Source: the human T2T-CHM13v2.0 reference genome, Homo sapiens
Assembly (NCBI RefSeq): GCF_009914755.1
Contig: NC_060932.1
DNA length: 64,000 bases
Strand: one strand, 5' to 3'
Position numbers and translations under genes: made by a program. The notes under the pieces were generated by a model. That model ran no database searches. It was not told the origin of the DNA and saw only the letters and a program-made list of their open reading frames with translations. This document shows positions 1-17,387 of the stretch, in pieces. Position 1 is the first letter of the stretch. Every line of letters begins with the position of its first letter.

Positions 1-4365
<4,365 letters not shown>

Positions 4366-4791
4366 CACTTAAGATAATCTGACTGATGAATCTCTTCCTT
4401 CATCACACCACATTTATAGGTACTTCTGTTTTTCTCTTTCAGGATGACTGATTCCTTGTGAAGAGTAGAGAGCCAGGAAAAACTGGAGATTTTGGGCTTA
4501 TACAGAATCCAGAAATGGAAGGCTCCTGAAAATTAATATTTTAAAAATAAGAAATAAGGGGTGCTTGACTTTTCCTTAACATAATAAATGATGAGGAACT
4601 GACAAAAGAATTTGAAGATTCTATTTCAAAGATTCTTATGAACACCTCAACATAGTTTTTTGTTTCTATTTATTTTCTTTGGCTGGGTGATGTTTCCTTA
4701 TAAATATTAAAACAACAAAGGCAATAGTAATACGTAAAATCTTGGCAAGTCCACGAAGATTCTGCCACCAACAGATTTCCATGTTTTCTGA

Positions 4792-5072
4792 TTTTTTTAT
4801 TTTGAGACAGGGTCTCACTCTGTCACTCAGGCTAGAGTGCAGTGGCATAATCATGGTTCACTGCAGCTTTGACTTCCTGGGATCAGCCTTCCAAGTAGCT
4901 GGGACTACTGGCCCACACCACTACACTGAGCTATTTTCTTAATTGTTATTTTTTGTAGAGTCAGGGTCTCACAGTGTTGTCCAGGCTAGTCACAAACTCC
5001 TGGGCTCAAGCAAGTCTCCTGCCTCGGCTTCCCAAAGTGCTGGCATTACAGCTGTGAGCCACTGCAGCTGGC
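4792..5072 (-). mobile_element. AluJ-like SINE
   Basis: Poly-T then GAGACAGGGTCTCACTC...CTCCTGGGCTCAAGC (J-type diagnostics). Confidence 0.9.
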
Positions 5073-5119
5073 TGATTTTCGTGTTTGGAAATAACAAACC
5101 AATGTCCCATCTGTAATGT

Positions 5120-5490
5120 GTCCTCCATGACTCATTTCCTTTTCTTCCTAGGCACTCAACTGTCAGGTTTTCCCTCCCTCCATTCCTGTTCACTGTGGCC
5201 ACGTGACTGAGTTAGCTAACGGAATGTGGGAAGAAATGTGTTTCTTCTCTAAGGCTGTCTCATAAAAACTTGCCCACAAGTCTACACATGCCCCTTTCCC
5301 TCTTGTGATTTACTGGAGAGGACAAGAAGATCAGGAGAAGGGAGGAGCCACAATGGAAGAAGCCTCAGTCCATGAAGGATATGGCAGAAAGCTGTCTGGA
5401 AAGGGAACTCAACATTGGACTGCAACGTTAGAGAAAACGGAATGCACATTTTGTGTTTGTTTGTAATGCAGTAAACCTACTCTGTGTAGC
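5120..5490 (+). mobile_element. Old MaLR LTR (MLT1I/J-like)
   Basis: GGCCACGTGACTGAGTT...GGAATGTGGGAAGAA...GGAGCCACAATGGAAGAAGCCT motifs typical of MLT1 LTRs. Confidence 0.6.
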
Positions 5491-5898
5491 ACAGGTGGAA
5501 AATCGGAATTCAATCTAGTTTTGATGCCTACTGTCCACTGGGGAGCAGGACCAAATTTTCATCTTTGAATATTGGATACCTTGTCTTATTAGGTGGATCA
5601 TAAACCTTTGCCCAAGAGAATTTGGTGCTACTATCCAGATCCTGTTCCTTGTCCTGAGCCAGCCCAAAGGATAACAAGCTAAGAACCCATGTCCTGCTCA
5701 GACCTGTATCCAGAAAGAAATAGAGCTGTTTCATATTTTTTAAAAATTTATCATGTATTTGTCTATACCTATTGCTAAGGAACGTTGTAGACTAGGGGTC
5801 TGAATGAATTTGCCTGTTAATATTTTTCTTGAATAACTTTCTTCTGTTGCAATCTAAAAGATATTTTTATTTAGCATCAAGAAAAGGGCTGTCATCAC

Positions 5899-6295
5899 TG
5901 TCTCAGCTCACTTCGCGGTGCTATAAGAGAACACCTGAGACTGGGTAATTTACAAAGAACAGAGATTTATTTATTTCAGTTCTGGAAGCTAGGAAGTCTA
6001 ACATGAAGGTGCCGGTAGGTTTGTTGTCTGGTAAGTGCCTGGTCTCTGCTTCCAAGACCGCGCCTTAAATGCTGCATCCTCTCGAGGGAAGAAACACTGG
6101 TCTCTGTGTGGCAGAAGAGCCAAAGGAGAGCAAAAGTGGAGAAGGATGCACCCTTTTATAAGGGCACTAATCCCATCCATGAAGGTGAAGCCCTCATGCT
6201 AATCACCTCTTTAAAATCCTACCTCTTAATACTGTTACAATGACAATTACATTTCAACATGAGTTTTCGAGGGGACAAACATTCATACCATAGCA
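5899..6295 (-). mobile_element. MST-family (MaLR) solo LTR
   Basis: TG...CA termini, GAGACTGGGTAATTT motif, and a perfect 5-bp TSD ATCAC (5894-5898 / 6296-6300). Confidence 0.9.
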
Positions 6296-6999
6296 ATCAC
6301 TTATTTGGAAACGGCATCTGTTTAATGGCTAGGAAGCAGGAGAAAAGGATTCTTTGTAGAATAAAACATACATTGGGCTTAGTTTTTTTCTCCAAGAAAT
6401 TTGCACTTTCTGAGAATAGAGGGGGAATTATCTTCTATGATCGCTTCAAGAATCTGCTCTTCATTCTAAAGAAGTCGTGATAATATGTAGAATCCTTCTG
6501 TTTCTTGAGGGCTCACACTCTGGGCTAGGTAGGCTACCTACAGAAGGACTTTTTATTTGGAGACTATTTTTTTTTTGGCTACATCAAAATGATGATGTGA
6601 TCAGTTATCAAACAATACTTAAGTTCCTAATTCATTGCATAAGGTATCTAAGAAGACAGTGCATAGATACTCAAGTAGCAATAGTTCCTGCTTTTTGTAA
6701 ACGTGTTCTGCAGACAAAAACCACTAATGTACACTTAAAAAAAACACACACACACAATAAAACCACACAGGTGTCAAATACAGAGTAGATGGCAACACTT
6801 AAAAAGAAAAAAAATCTTTTGTGTGGGAGGATGAAAGCATACTGAGAGCATGTCCCAAAGAATAGAAGCAACAAATCTTTTTTAGTCCTGCTATTTCTCT
6901 TTAAGAATTCTTCATCCAGAGGCTCTGTGAAGGCTGCATCGTGGTCACTGTAGGTGTCCATGGGATATTGACATGAGGGTTGCCTTTATGGAACAGAGT

Positions 7000-7500
7000 A
7001 AATGGCAGTTTCATCCTTCTGGATCAGCCCCAAAACCTCAGAGTCATCCTCATGTTCTCTCATCCTCTCACGTTTGTACTCAATCTGTCAGGAAATCTTG
7101 TTGGCTATACCTTTAAAACATCTCTCTCACCTACGCACTCTCCCACCTTGACTGATACAAGCCTAAACTAAGCACCACCAGGTCTTGCTTTGATGACTGC
7201 AATAGCTTCCTAACTGGTCTCCCTGCTTCAAGCACTTGCCTTTCTACATTCTGTTTTCCTTGCAGAAGCCATGGTAATCCTCTTAAATTATGTCACTCCT
7301 CAGTTAAATTCTGCAGTGACTTCCCAAGTTAGAGTAGTCTATTGTCATCTGTAATGGTACATGATGTGGCCCCTGGACCTCTACAACTTCATCTTCTGGC
7401 ACTTTCCTTATTGCCTACTTCATTCCAGCTGTACTGGCTGTCCTTCCTGCTTCTCTGCGAACACACGGAGCATGCTCTTTGTCAGGGCTTTGTACCTGCT
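7000..7500 (+). mobile_element. LINE-2 fragment (3' part resumes at about 8070-8185)
   Basis: CCTAACTGGTCTCCCTGCT motif. L2 tail TTGTTGAATAAATGAGTGAG near 8165. Confidence 0.7.
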
Positions 7501-7614
7501 GCTTTAATGCTCTCCCTGCTGTGTATTCCTTAAGAAATGATAACTGCTATAGTGAGTAGATCTAGAATTCTAGGATGCCTCAAACACAGTGGACATCTTT
7601 TTTGTCATGCAAAG

Positions 7615-8069
7615 TGTTGGGCAGGTGGACAGCTCAATGGGGAGTCCTTCCCCATGATGTCATACCCAGAGCCTGAGATTGGAACTTTATTCAGAAAAAA
7701 AGATTTTTGCCCAGGTAATTAAGTTAAGGATCTTGAGATGAGATCATCTTGGATTACCCAGATGGATCCTATATCCAGTGCCAAGTCCTGATAGGAGAAT
7801 GGAGGGGAGAAGACACAGTGGGGAAGGCCACACGCAGGAGGCAGAGCTTAGAGTGATGCAGTCACAGTCAAGGAACTCCTGCAGCCATCAGTAGCTGGAA
7901 GAGGGAAGGAAGGACTATCTCCTGGAGTCTTTAGAGGGATCAGCAGCCCTACCAGCCACACCTTGATTTTGAACTTCTGGCTTCCAGAACTATGAGAGAA
8001 TAAATTTCTATTGTTGTAAACCACCCAATGTGTAGTAATTTGTTACATCAGCTCTGGAAAACTAATACA
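7615..8069 (+). mobile_element. MLT1C/D MaLR LTR
   Basis: GAACTTCTGGCTTCCAGAACTATGAGAGAATAAATTTC...AACTAATACA 3' end. Confidence 0.85.
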
Positions 8070-8314
8070 TCTCCCCTACTATAAGCTTCTGGAGGGTAGA
8101 GATTTTGTTTCATTTCTTATCCTATTTTCAGTGCAGAGAACACTGCCTGACATGTAAATACTTGTTGAATAAATGAGTGAGTAGAAACATGGAAATGAAT
8201 CTCCGGCTTACTCAGAAGATGAAATTTTTTTTTAATAGCTTTTACAGTCATTATGAAATTGCCTGCCCCAGAGGACCATTTTTGTTTTTCTGGTCTATCC
8301 TCCTTCTGAGACAG

Positions 8315-8500
8315 TACATGTGGTGCTTAAGAGCTGAGGCTCTGAACTTTGACAGACTTGGAGTAAAACTTCAGCCATGGAATCACTGACAAGTGTGATA
8401 TTGGACAAGTTAATTAATATTCCTAAGGCTCAATTTCTATATTTGTTAAAATAGGCCACTCACATAAGATTGGTGGGAGGATTAAATGAGATAGTAGATA
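8315..8500 (+). mobile_element. MIR
   Basis: TGTGATATTGGACAAGTTA...GGGAGGATTAAATGAGATA core. Confidence 0.7.
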
Positions 8501-9568
8501 CACAATCCACTCATTGTTTACTGCTTGACCACGTAAATTCATAGTAAATTCGTATGATAATAATGATAATGATAATTACTTAGGATTTATAAGGAATGCC
8601 TAAAATTTTACAGACTCAATTATTTTTTTCATCTTGAATTCCTTTAAAATAACATTCATTGATTGTAACATTTCTTTACTAAGAATTTCAATCAAGTAAG
8701 CCCTTTCTATCCACAAAATACTCTACTGTAGTGTTTTAGGATTTGCAGAATTACTTTTATGTAACCCATATAAGCCATGATAATGTCGTATTAAATATGG
8801 GCACATTGCTGTGAATTCCAAGTTATAAAATGAAATCAGCCCAGCCTGAGCAGCCCGCCACACCCCTGTCTCTTGCTTCTCTGCCTTTGGGTTTGCTGTG
8901 CTCATTGCTATCTCACGAAAAGAAATGATCTCCTTGCTGTTTATGTTGTGATTTAGTGCTTAAGTATCACATATTGATATTGTGTTCCACTCAGAGAGAC
9001 AACTTTTCAAAAACATAATCACTAATTTGCATATATTAGCATAGAGTTGGCATAACAAACAAAAATTCATAAACTACTACATCACTACAGCAAATAAATA
9101 GATATATAAATAAACCTGAAAGAAGATCTTCACAAATATGAAGAGGTGACTGGATACAATTTTGAAGTGTTGCTAAACGAGGAGTGAGGAAGGTGGTATC
9201 TCTTTAGAAGGCACGATAAGTGGTCTTGATCACTTTCATTATTTTGTTCACTGAACATAAAAATATTTATTAGACTTTCATTAATTCACTCTCGGCCTCA
9301 CTCAGTCTCTTTCATTCTCATGTAAAGTCCTACATTTCTCAATGGCAAGGTAATGTAATCGTTGGGTTTGGAGACAGAATATATGGCACTTAATCTGAAG
9401 GCCTGACTCTGGCCAAGGAAATCTTACCTGCTCCACCTCGTGAGCACGCTCCAGCCCCAAGCTCTGTCTCAGCAGCTTCCTTTCTGTTTTTCAGAGTTAG
9501 TTCAACATAGAACCTTTGACCCCACTGCTTCCCTGCTTCCTTGGCGTCAGGATGCATTTTCCTAGATC

Positions 9569-9912
<344 letters not shown>

Positions 9913-10037
9913 TAGATTCCTGCTCACCCATCATCTTGGTTTCATTCTTTGCCCAGCATTAATACTGTTCTTGGTGTGTGTGTATGTTTGCGTGTATGTA
10001 TGTGTGTGTGTGCACGTGTTTGCTCATTCATAGGTGA

Positions 10038-10446
<409 letters not shown>

Positions 10447-11184
10447 CTAACAGATGCTCAATAAATACATACTAAATATAATCAATGCAAAAACTTCCCC
10501 TATGTTTATTTTATTGATAACTTCTCTTCTCAGTCATAGATAGTACAAATTCTGACTTCCAAATTCCAAATTCAGTCAGAGATATTCCAAATTCTGACTT
10601 CTGGAACTGCAGAAAAACACACAACATTAGCATGTAATATTTAGCGAGGGAATACTACTACCAGTAACACTACACACAGGTGTTGGCCAGTAAGGTAGAT
10701 AGGGTATAATTGGAGAGCATTTGGTGAGGAGATTCAGTAATGTGAAGGTTGTCTTGCTACCAGCATCTCTTGCACTTTTGCATTCCAGAGGGAGAAGCAT
10801 AGGCAGAGAAACCCTGGCAAAGAATAGCCAAGGACAGCTTTATTATTAGCATTGATGGCACCTCAGATCACAATGGAAGTTTGCTGGTAAAACACACCAG
10901 AGTAAGAAGAGGCCCCTGGCCTGAGATGTGTGGGAGTGGTGGCAGCATCTGACAGCTTTCTCTACTCAGGCTCAGATAAAATCTTGGAATGTTATTATTC
11001 TTCGGGTAACAACATGATACAAATTATAGTAAATGCATGAAATGCAGAGCGATGGGGCATTGGCTGAGGCACCTTCCATACGGTGAGGGTCCTGGGTCTT
11101 TTATTATTCCAGACATGGGGATTTAGAAAGAAGAACCACACCCAGTAAGTGTATCTCTGTATAAACTATGGGGGAGACTCTCAA

Positions 11185-11730
11185 GAAGTTAAACATATAC
11201 TTACAAGATGACCTAGAGTTTACCCAAGATAAATGAAAACATGTGTTCACACAGACTTGTATTTGAATGTTCCTTGTAGCTTTATTCATAATAGCTAAAA
11301 ACTAAAATCAAAACAATGTTTAGTGCTGGTGAAGGGATAAGCAAATTGTAGTATATCCATACAATGGAATATTACTCAGCAATTAAAAACTCCATCGAAA
11401 TATACAGTATCATGGATGAATCTTAAAAAGCATTATATTGAATGAAAGAAGACAGATAAAAAAGACTACTTACAGTGTAATTTCATTTATAAGACATTCC
11501 AGAAAAAGAAAACTAGAGTGACAGAAAGTGGAGTATTTATTGTCAGGAGCGGGGAGAGGGGAAAGAGGTAGAAGATTGTTTGCACAAAGGAATGTGCAGT
11601 TTTTGAAGTCATGAGAAATGTTCATGATAACAGTGGTGGATACACAACAGTATACATTTGACCAGGCTCATCAAAAATTCAAAATAAAACCGGTGGATTT
11701 TATTTTATATTAATTATATCTCAAGAAAGC
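11185..11730 (+). mobile_element. L1MB/MC 3' end fragment
   Basis: ATCCATACAATGGAATATTACTCAGCAAT and CATGGATGAATCTTAAAAAGCATTAT L1 3' motifs. Confidence 0.8.
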
Positions 11731-13030
11731 TGATTATATATGTATATGTACACACATAAAAATACATATATCTTCTATAAATACTCTGGGATCCTATTCA
11801 AAGATATTAGCACATCTTCCTTTTGAAGAACAGGGGAAGATGGAGGAAGAAGAGGCTTTTTGTTCTCATTTAAAGGAACAGCCTCTGGGGCATGTTCTAG
11901 CAAAATCACAATGGGTGACATACTTTCTGTTTCATTCCGCATGGGTCTGAATAGTTCTTCTTATTTCACATTTTGGAATTACAAATTCTTCTTTGTGTTC
12001 TTTAATGACATGTTTTCTGGCTAGGATTTTTTTCCCTTTTAAATAAGGCTGGGGGATGGGCAAGGAGCATGTGAGGCAAGTGAGGGGCGCAGGGTTATGT
12101 GTCCTCTAAGAAACAGGAAATGCATAGTCAAGGATTCCCATGGTTTGTGTGAGTAAATTGTGACCTGAACTTGCTGTGACTCAGCCTGATGCATCCCTTA
12201 CATATTTAGAGTGCTCCCATCATTAAGCCCTCCATTACACAAAGATCCCCACATATTGTGATTTTGGGTAGAGCCTGTGTTTTAAACCAAGAATTGTTGG
12301 AGTGTCCCTGTGATCTATTCATACCTGTAAGTTGGGTGAATTTTATCAGTGCTATTAACAGAAATGATTATTTTAGGTCTTAGAGCAAAGTTTGAATTTT
12401 GGCTTCAACCCATCTGAAGAACTAAATTACAGATGACAGAGGACAAAATTAGGTCCTGCCTTATATATGTATTTTTTGGACTGTTTCTACATGACAAATA
12501 TTTGTACTTAGGATTTGTACCTATTCAACCTAAGTTCAATAGTTGAAAATGTAAGAGAATGAAGGGAAATGTATAAGTCAATCCAAGTAGACTCATTACC
12601 AGACTTTTACTAGAGTAAGTAACACTCTTACCCTGGTAGGTAGTAAATAAAACAAGGTCTACTACTCTAGATTTACTGTAGCAGATAGATGTGTGGCCAT
12701 TTGAAACCAGAGATATCTACAATTTAAAAGGCCAGGATTACAGCCTTCCACCCTCCCATCTTGGTGAAGGAAGGAATGAAAAAGCACATATTCTCTTTAG
12801 TTTTATTTTGTTGATTATACATTTTAAATATGTGGGAAATTATTTTGATTAGTTGTTTTTGATTCTTGACTTGAAAAAAGAAAAAAAATCCCTTTAAAGC
12901 TTAATCATTATTATTCCTATTTCAATCTGCTGTGTCTGAAGGAACGCAGCTATCTGTAACCATTGCTAAACCTCTTGGCTTCCAAGATTTGACCGCGCCC
13001 AGTCCCAACTCTACGCAAGCTAGGCTGGTT

Positions 13031-13062
13031 CTGCCATCTAGCGACTTTCTTATTGAACTACA
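13031..13062 (-). promoter_or_regulatory. Candidate CTCF site (core plus upstream module)
   Basis: Minus strand TGTAGTTC-N10-TCGCTAGATGGCAG resembles the CTCF core CCACYAGRKGGCRS with the TGCAGTNC upstream module. Motif match only. Confidence 0.55.
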
Positions 13063-13149
13063 TTGGTAGGGCATTACCTAATTTGGTCGACTCAAGCCCT
13101 GAGAATTAATTTTAATGTAATGCCATGTGATTAGTTTTGGCCTTTACAT

Positions 13150-13340
13150 CCTTTCATCCCTATTTACTGCCTGTGTGATTTTTGGAAAAAATATTTAACA
13201 TTTCTGTGACTCAGTTTATTCGTCTGTAGAACGGGGATAAGGACCTAACTCCTACCGTTTTCATGAGGCTCATCTGAGATAATGCACAGAACACACTTAG
13301 CAGAGTGCCTGGCACAGGTAAATCCTGGAAAAAGATTTGA
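13150..13340 (+). mobile_element. MIR
   Basis: CTCAGTTTATTCGTCTGTAGAACGGGGATAA...CTTAGCAGAGTGCCTGGCACA. Confidence 0.75.
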
Positions 13341-14083
13341 TGTTGTTATATTTATAATTGTAACTATAATTATGCAAATCTAGAACTGAAAAAATAGACT
13401 AAATTATGGGAAATGAAGTTATGGATATGAGTATTCCAGAATAAATTAAGTATATAATATTTAAAGCTTGGAAGAGGAACAAGTTTATTTAGGTTTTTTA
13501 TGTCACTGCCAACAAATGCATTACTGCAATTATACTTGCCTCCTTCCAAGCCTTTCCCCACCTCATACTGAATGTTCCCATCACAGCAGACAACTCATTA
13601 CTCTGTGCACATTTTAATGCCTTTCTTCATCTTTCTGGAGTTTCTCCCTCACATTTTACACTTCACAATCTTTAACTCCTAAATCAAATGTCAGCTTCCC
13701 ATGCTATCAAGTGGAGTTGAATCCTGTGTGGCCCTTTATTCTCATCTCTGTTAGAGCATCTGACACAGACAGGCTGCACACGAGTGGACCGAGTAGGGTC
13801 TGTGCAGCCACGTAAGTCGAGGCTGAAGTCCCTTCCATGAGATACTGTGTATTCTCTTTGCATCTTCTCTCTCTCTCACCTCAACACCTAATACAAAAAC
13901 CTCATACAATAGGTGCTCCACTAAAGCTTGTTGAACTGAGATAAGAGCTTAGCAAATATCTAACAGTGACTTTTTAGGATGGCTTACTCACAGAAGCTTC
14001 TAACATACATTGGACTAAGTTAGCCCAGTGGTTTGAGTGGGCAGGTTTGGTCCATCAAAATAGTCTTTTAAATTAAATAATTA

Positions 14084-14401
14084 GGTCAAGCTTGGTGACT
14101 CTCGCCTGTAATCCGAGCACTTTGGGAGGCTGAACTGGGTGGATCACTTGCCGCCAGGAGTTCGAGACCAGTCTAGCCAACATGGAGAAACCTGTCTCTA
14201 CTAAAAATACGAAAAATAGCATTACAGTAGGATTACAGGCATTGTGGCATGTGCCTGTAATCCTAGCTACTGGAGAGACTGAGGCTTGAGAATTGCTTGA
14301 GCCCAGGAGGCAGAGGTTGCAGTGAGCCAAGATCACACCATTTCACTCCAGCCTGGATGATAGAGCAAGACTCTGTCTCTAAATAAATAAATAAAATAAA
14401 A
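14084..14401 (+). mobile_element. AluS-like SINE with a rearranged linker
   Basis: Dimer with (TAAA)n tail. Aberrant sequence at 14218-14245. Confidence 0.9.
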
Positions 14402-15101
14402 CAATTACTTAATATTTTGTAACAGTAATACTAGATTCCATTAAGGAATACTTAGAAATTACCAAAAAGAAAAAAATCATGGCTTCACTACCCAAACATT
14501 ATTAAATTTGATGTATTTTTTAGCATTTTTCTGTAAGTGTTTGTATTACACGGTTGTAATAATTGTCTATTTGCAGCTATATACCCTGATTTTAAATTTA
14601 ACACATTTAATTTTCCCATTATACTATATGCACATTAAGAGCATAATTCTAAAAAGCAGAATTCCACTGAGTAAATGTACCATCGTGCACTTAACACAAT
14701 TATATTTTAGGCATTTAGCTTGTTTGTAATTTTTTGGCTATTGTATATAATGCCATAGAGTAAATCTTTGGGCATAAAGGTTTTTCTTTGTCTAGGATTA
14801 TTTGCTTTCATGAATCCCAGAAGTACAATTCTGACTACCTTTCTTACTATAGTAAGCCCCGATGGACCAGGAATTAAATTATTGTAATTAATGGAATGTC
14901 CTGTCAATTGAAAAGTAACCAGAAAATGGTTTTTGATTTGTGGTTGCTCCAGGTCACCATTATGAACTTTGACTGCCCAGGAGTTATTGTAGATGTGAAG
15001 AAAGGCTTTAGAAGATTAGGCTAAAATCGGCGTGCAGGGAATACTGTTTTCCAAAACCATTCTCTGATATTAAATTGTTTCTTTGATTTTTCTTTGTGTG
15101 G

Positions 15102-15104
<3 letters not shown>

Positions 15105-15145
<41 letters not shown>
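15105..15145. repeat. (TG)n microsatellite
   Basis: About 20 uninterrupted TG units. Confidence 0.95.
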
Positions 15146-15148
<3 letters not shown>

Positions 15149-15239
15149 GTCATTTCATATTAAAAGTGAAATACTCAGGCCAATACATGTTACCTGACTT
15201 TATATCTTTCTTCCACAAATAATGAGTTATTTGGTCATG

Positions 15240-15760
15240 AATTTATTTATTTATACATTTATTCACTTATTTTACAGATATTTATGGGTGTTTGTGCCAC
15301 TCAATTCTAGTACATATTAGCTACCCAGAAACCAGTAAAACACATTCTTAAAAGGATTTTATAGCTTACTGAGAGGAACCAATAAACAAACAATGACAAT
15401 GCTGTAAGAAACCTACTTTAGTAGAATTAAGAACAACACGGCTTTGGGAACAAAATGGGAGAATTAATTTTGTCTGGGGTAACCAGGAAGGCTTCACAGA
15501 GGAGCTTATATTTAAGTCATGTATGACGGTAGGAGTTTAACAGATGGACTTCTGGAGAATCCCAGTAAGAGTGACCAACATATTCATAGGTGTGAACATG
15601 AGGTGGGAAAATTGAAAAATCCTTTGTGGCTGAAGGGAGGACTTACAAGAAGGAAGGAGTAGGAAATCATGATGAAAAGATAGAATGATGTTAGATTATC
15701 AAGAGTCTCACATTTTATATTTCAGGCTAAGAAATGTATATTTTAAATGGAAACCTGTTA
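15240..15760 (-). mobile_element. LINE-2 fragment
   Basis: ATTTATTCACTTATTT tail and the CAGGAAGGCTTCACAGAGGAG motif. Confidence 0.6.
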
Positions 15761-15894
15761 AAAACTATTTATAGTGTGTTTTTGTTTTTAGCAAAAGAAT
15801 GACACTAAAATGATAGCCCTATTCAGTAACTGAGACTTACACTAGGCATGTTACTTAAGCATTTTACATGAGAAGTTTTCACAACAACACTATG

Positions 15895-16246
15895 TGTATT
15901 AGTCTGTTTTCACACTGCTATAAAAAACTGCCAGAGACTGGGTAATTTACAAAGGAAAGAGGTTTAATTGATAGTTCTGCATGACTGGGGAGGACTCAGG
16001 AAACTTACAATTACGGTGGAAGGTGAAGGGGAAGCAAGGCACACCTTCTCATGGTGGCAGGAGAAAGAGAGAGAGAGCCAGGAAATGCCATATTTAAAAC
16101 CATCAGCTCTCGTGAGAAGTCCTTCACTTTCATGAGAACAGCATGGGGGAAACCATCCCCATGATTCAACCATGTTCCTCCCTCGACACCTGGGAATTAC
16201 AACGTGAGATGAAATTTGGTTCAGGACACAGAGCCAAATCGTATTA
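15895..16246 (-). mobile_element. THE1 (C/D-like) solo LTR inserted into a MIR
   Basis: TGTATTAGTCTGTTTTCACACTGCTAT...GGACACAGAGCCAAA; TSD CTATG (15890-15894 / 16247-16251). MIR sequence continues on both sides. Confidence 0.9.
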
Positions 16247-17245
16247 CTATGAGTGAGAGGAGTAATTTTATTGAATAATATGGAAGAAGAAATTGAGGAT
16301 TGGAAAAGTTAAGTAATTTGTCCAAGGTCACAGAGCCAGCAAGTGGCCAAACAGAGATGAAAACCTGGGCAATGGTGATTGCAAAGCCCAGCCTCTTAAC
16401 CACTCTGGTCTATTGCCACTTTGGAGCATATTTTAGAAAGACCACTTTGGAGTCTGTAGGTGGTTTACAGTAGAGAGAGAGAGAATCAGAAGTCGGAGAT
16501 ATCACTTGGGAATCTATTGCAAGAGTCCAGGACACAGGTGATGAGGGCCAGAACAAGAAGGGGATAATGGAGGCTAAGAGGTTGGAAAAGTATTAGCTAT
16601 AGGTATAGGGCTTAGATAAACAAACAAATAAAGATCACAGCAATTCTGGAAAACATAGGTAAATTTTACTAAATAAACAAAAGAAATTTTACTTATTTGT
16701 GGTACCTGCCCATAGGGACTGTCTTTCATAATGTTCTTGAGGAAAGTTATCCATCTTTGATGTTCCTGGATAAAGACATTCTTAAAACATGGCACAATTG
16801 AGCTTTGAATCACAGGGTTGTCTTTAATATACGGAAAATTGTGTTTGAGGAAAATTATTATTCAACCATCTATTCGATGCATTGCTAGATACTGGAGTAC
16901 ACAGAGATGGATAAGTTTAAAAACCCTTTCTTAAAATGTTCCCAATCAAGAAGGGTCAATAAGACTAGTACAAAATAATCACAACACTGTTAAAATGTAC
17001 AAGATGTCATGAGAGGCAAGGGCAAAGCATCCTAGAAATCTCAAGGGAGGGCAGGGAGAGTGCTTCCAGCTGTGGCGTATGGGCAAAATCCAGAGATGGT
17101 TTTGTGGCGGAAGTTTGCATTTAAGCCGGACAAGAAGGATTTTGAGGTGAGACAGTGATAAATTCCAGGTAGAAAGAAGAGTATCATCAAGGAAGTCAAA
17201 GATGGCAAGTGTTGGGCATATGCGGGAGAACAGGGTATGATCCAG

Positions 17246-17387
17246 CTTTTTTGTTTTGTTTTGTTTTTTTGAGACAAAGTCTCCCTTGGTGGCCCAGGCT
17301 GGAGTGCAGTGACAGGATCATGGCTCACTGCAGCCTTGAACTAACCCCTGGGCTTCAGCCATCCTCCCGCCTCAGCCTCTGAGTAGC
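17246..17387 (-). mobile_element. 5'-truncated AluJ right monomer inside an L2 fragment (about 16850-17480)
   Basis: TSD TATGATCCAG at 17236-17245 and 17388-17397. Confidence 0.85.
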
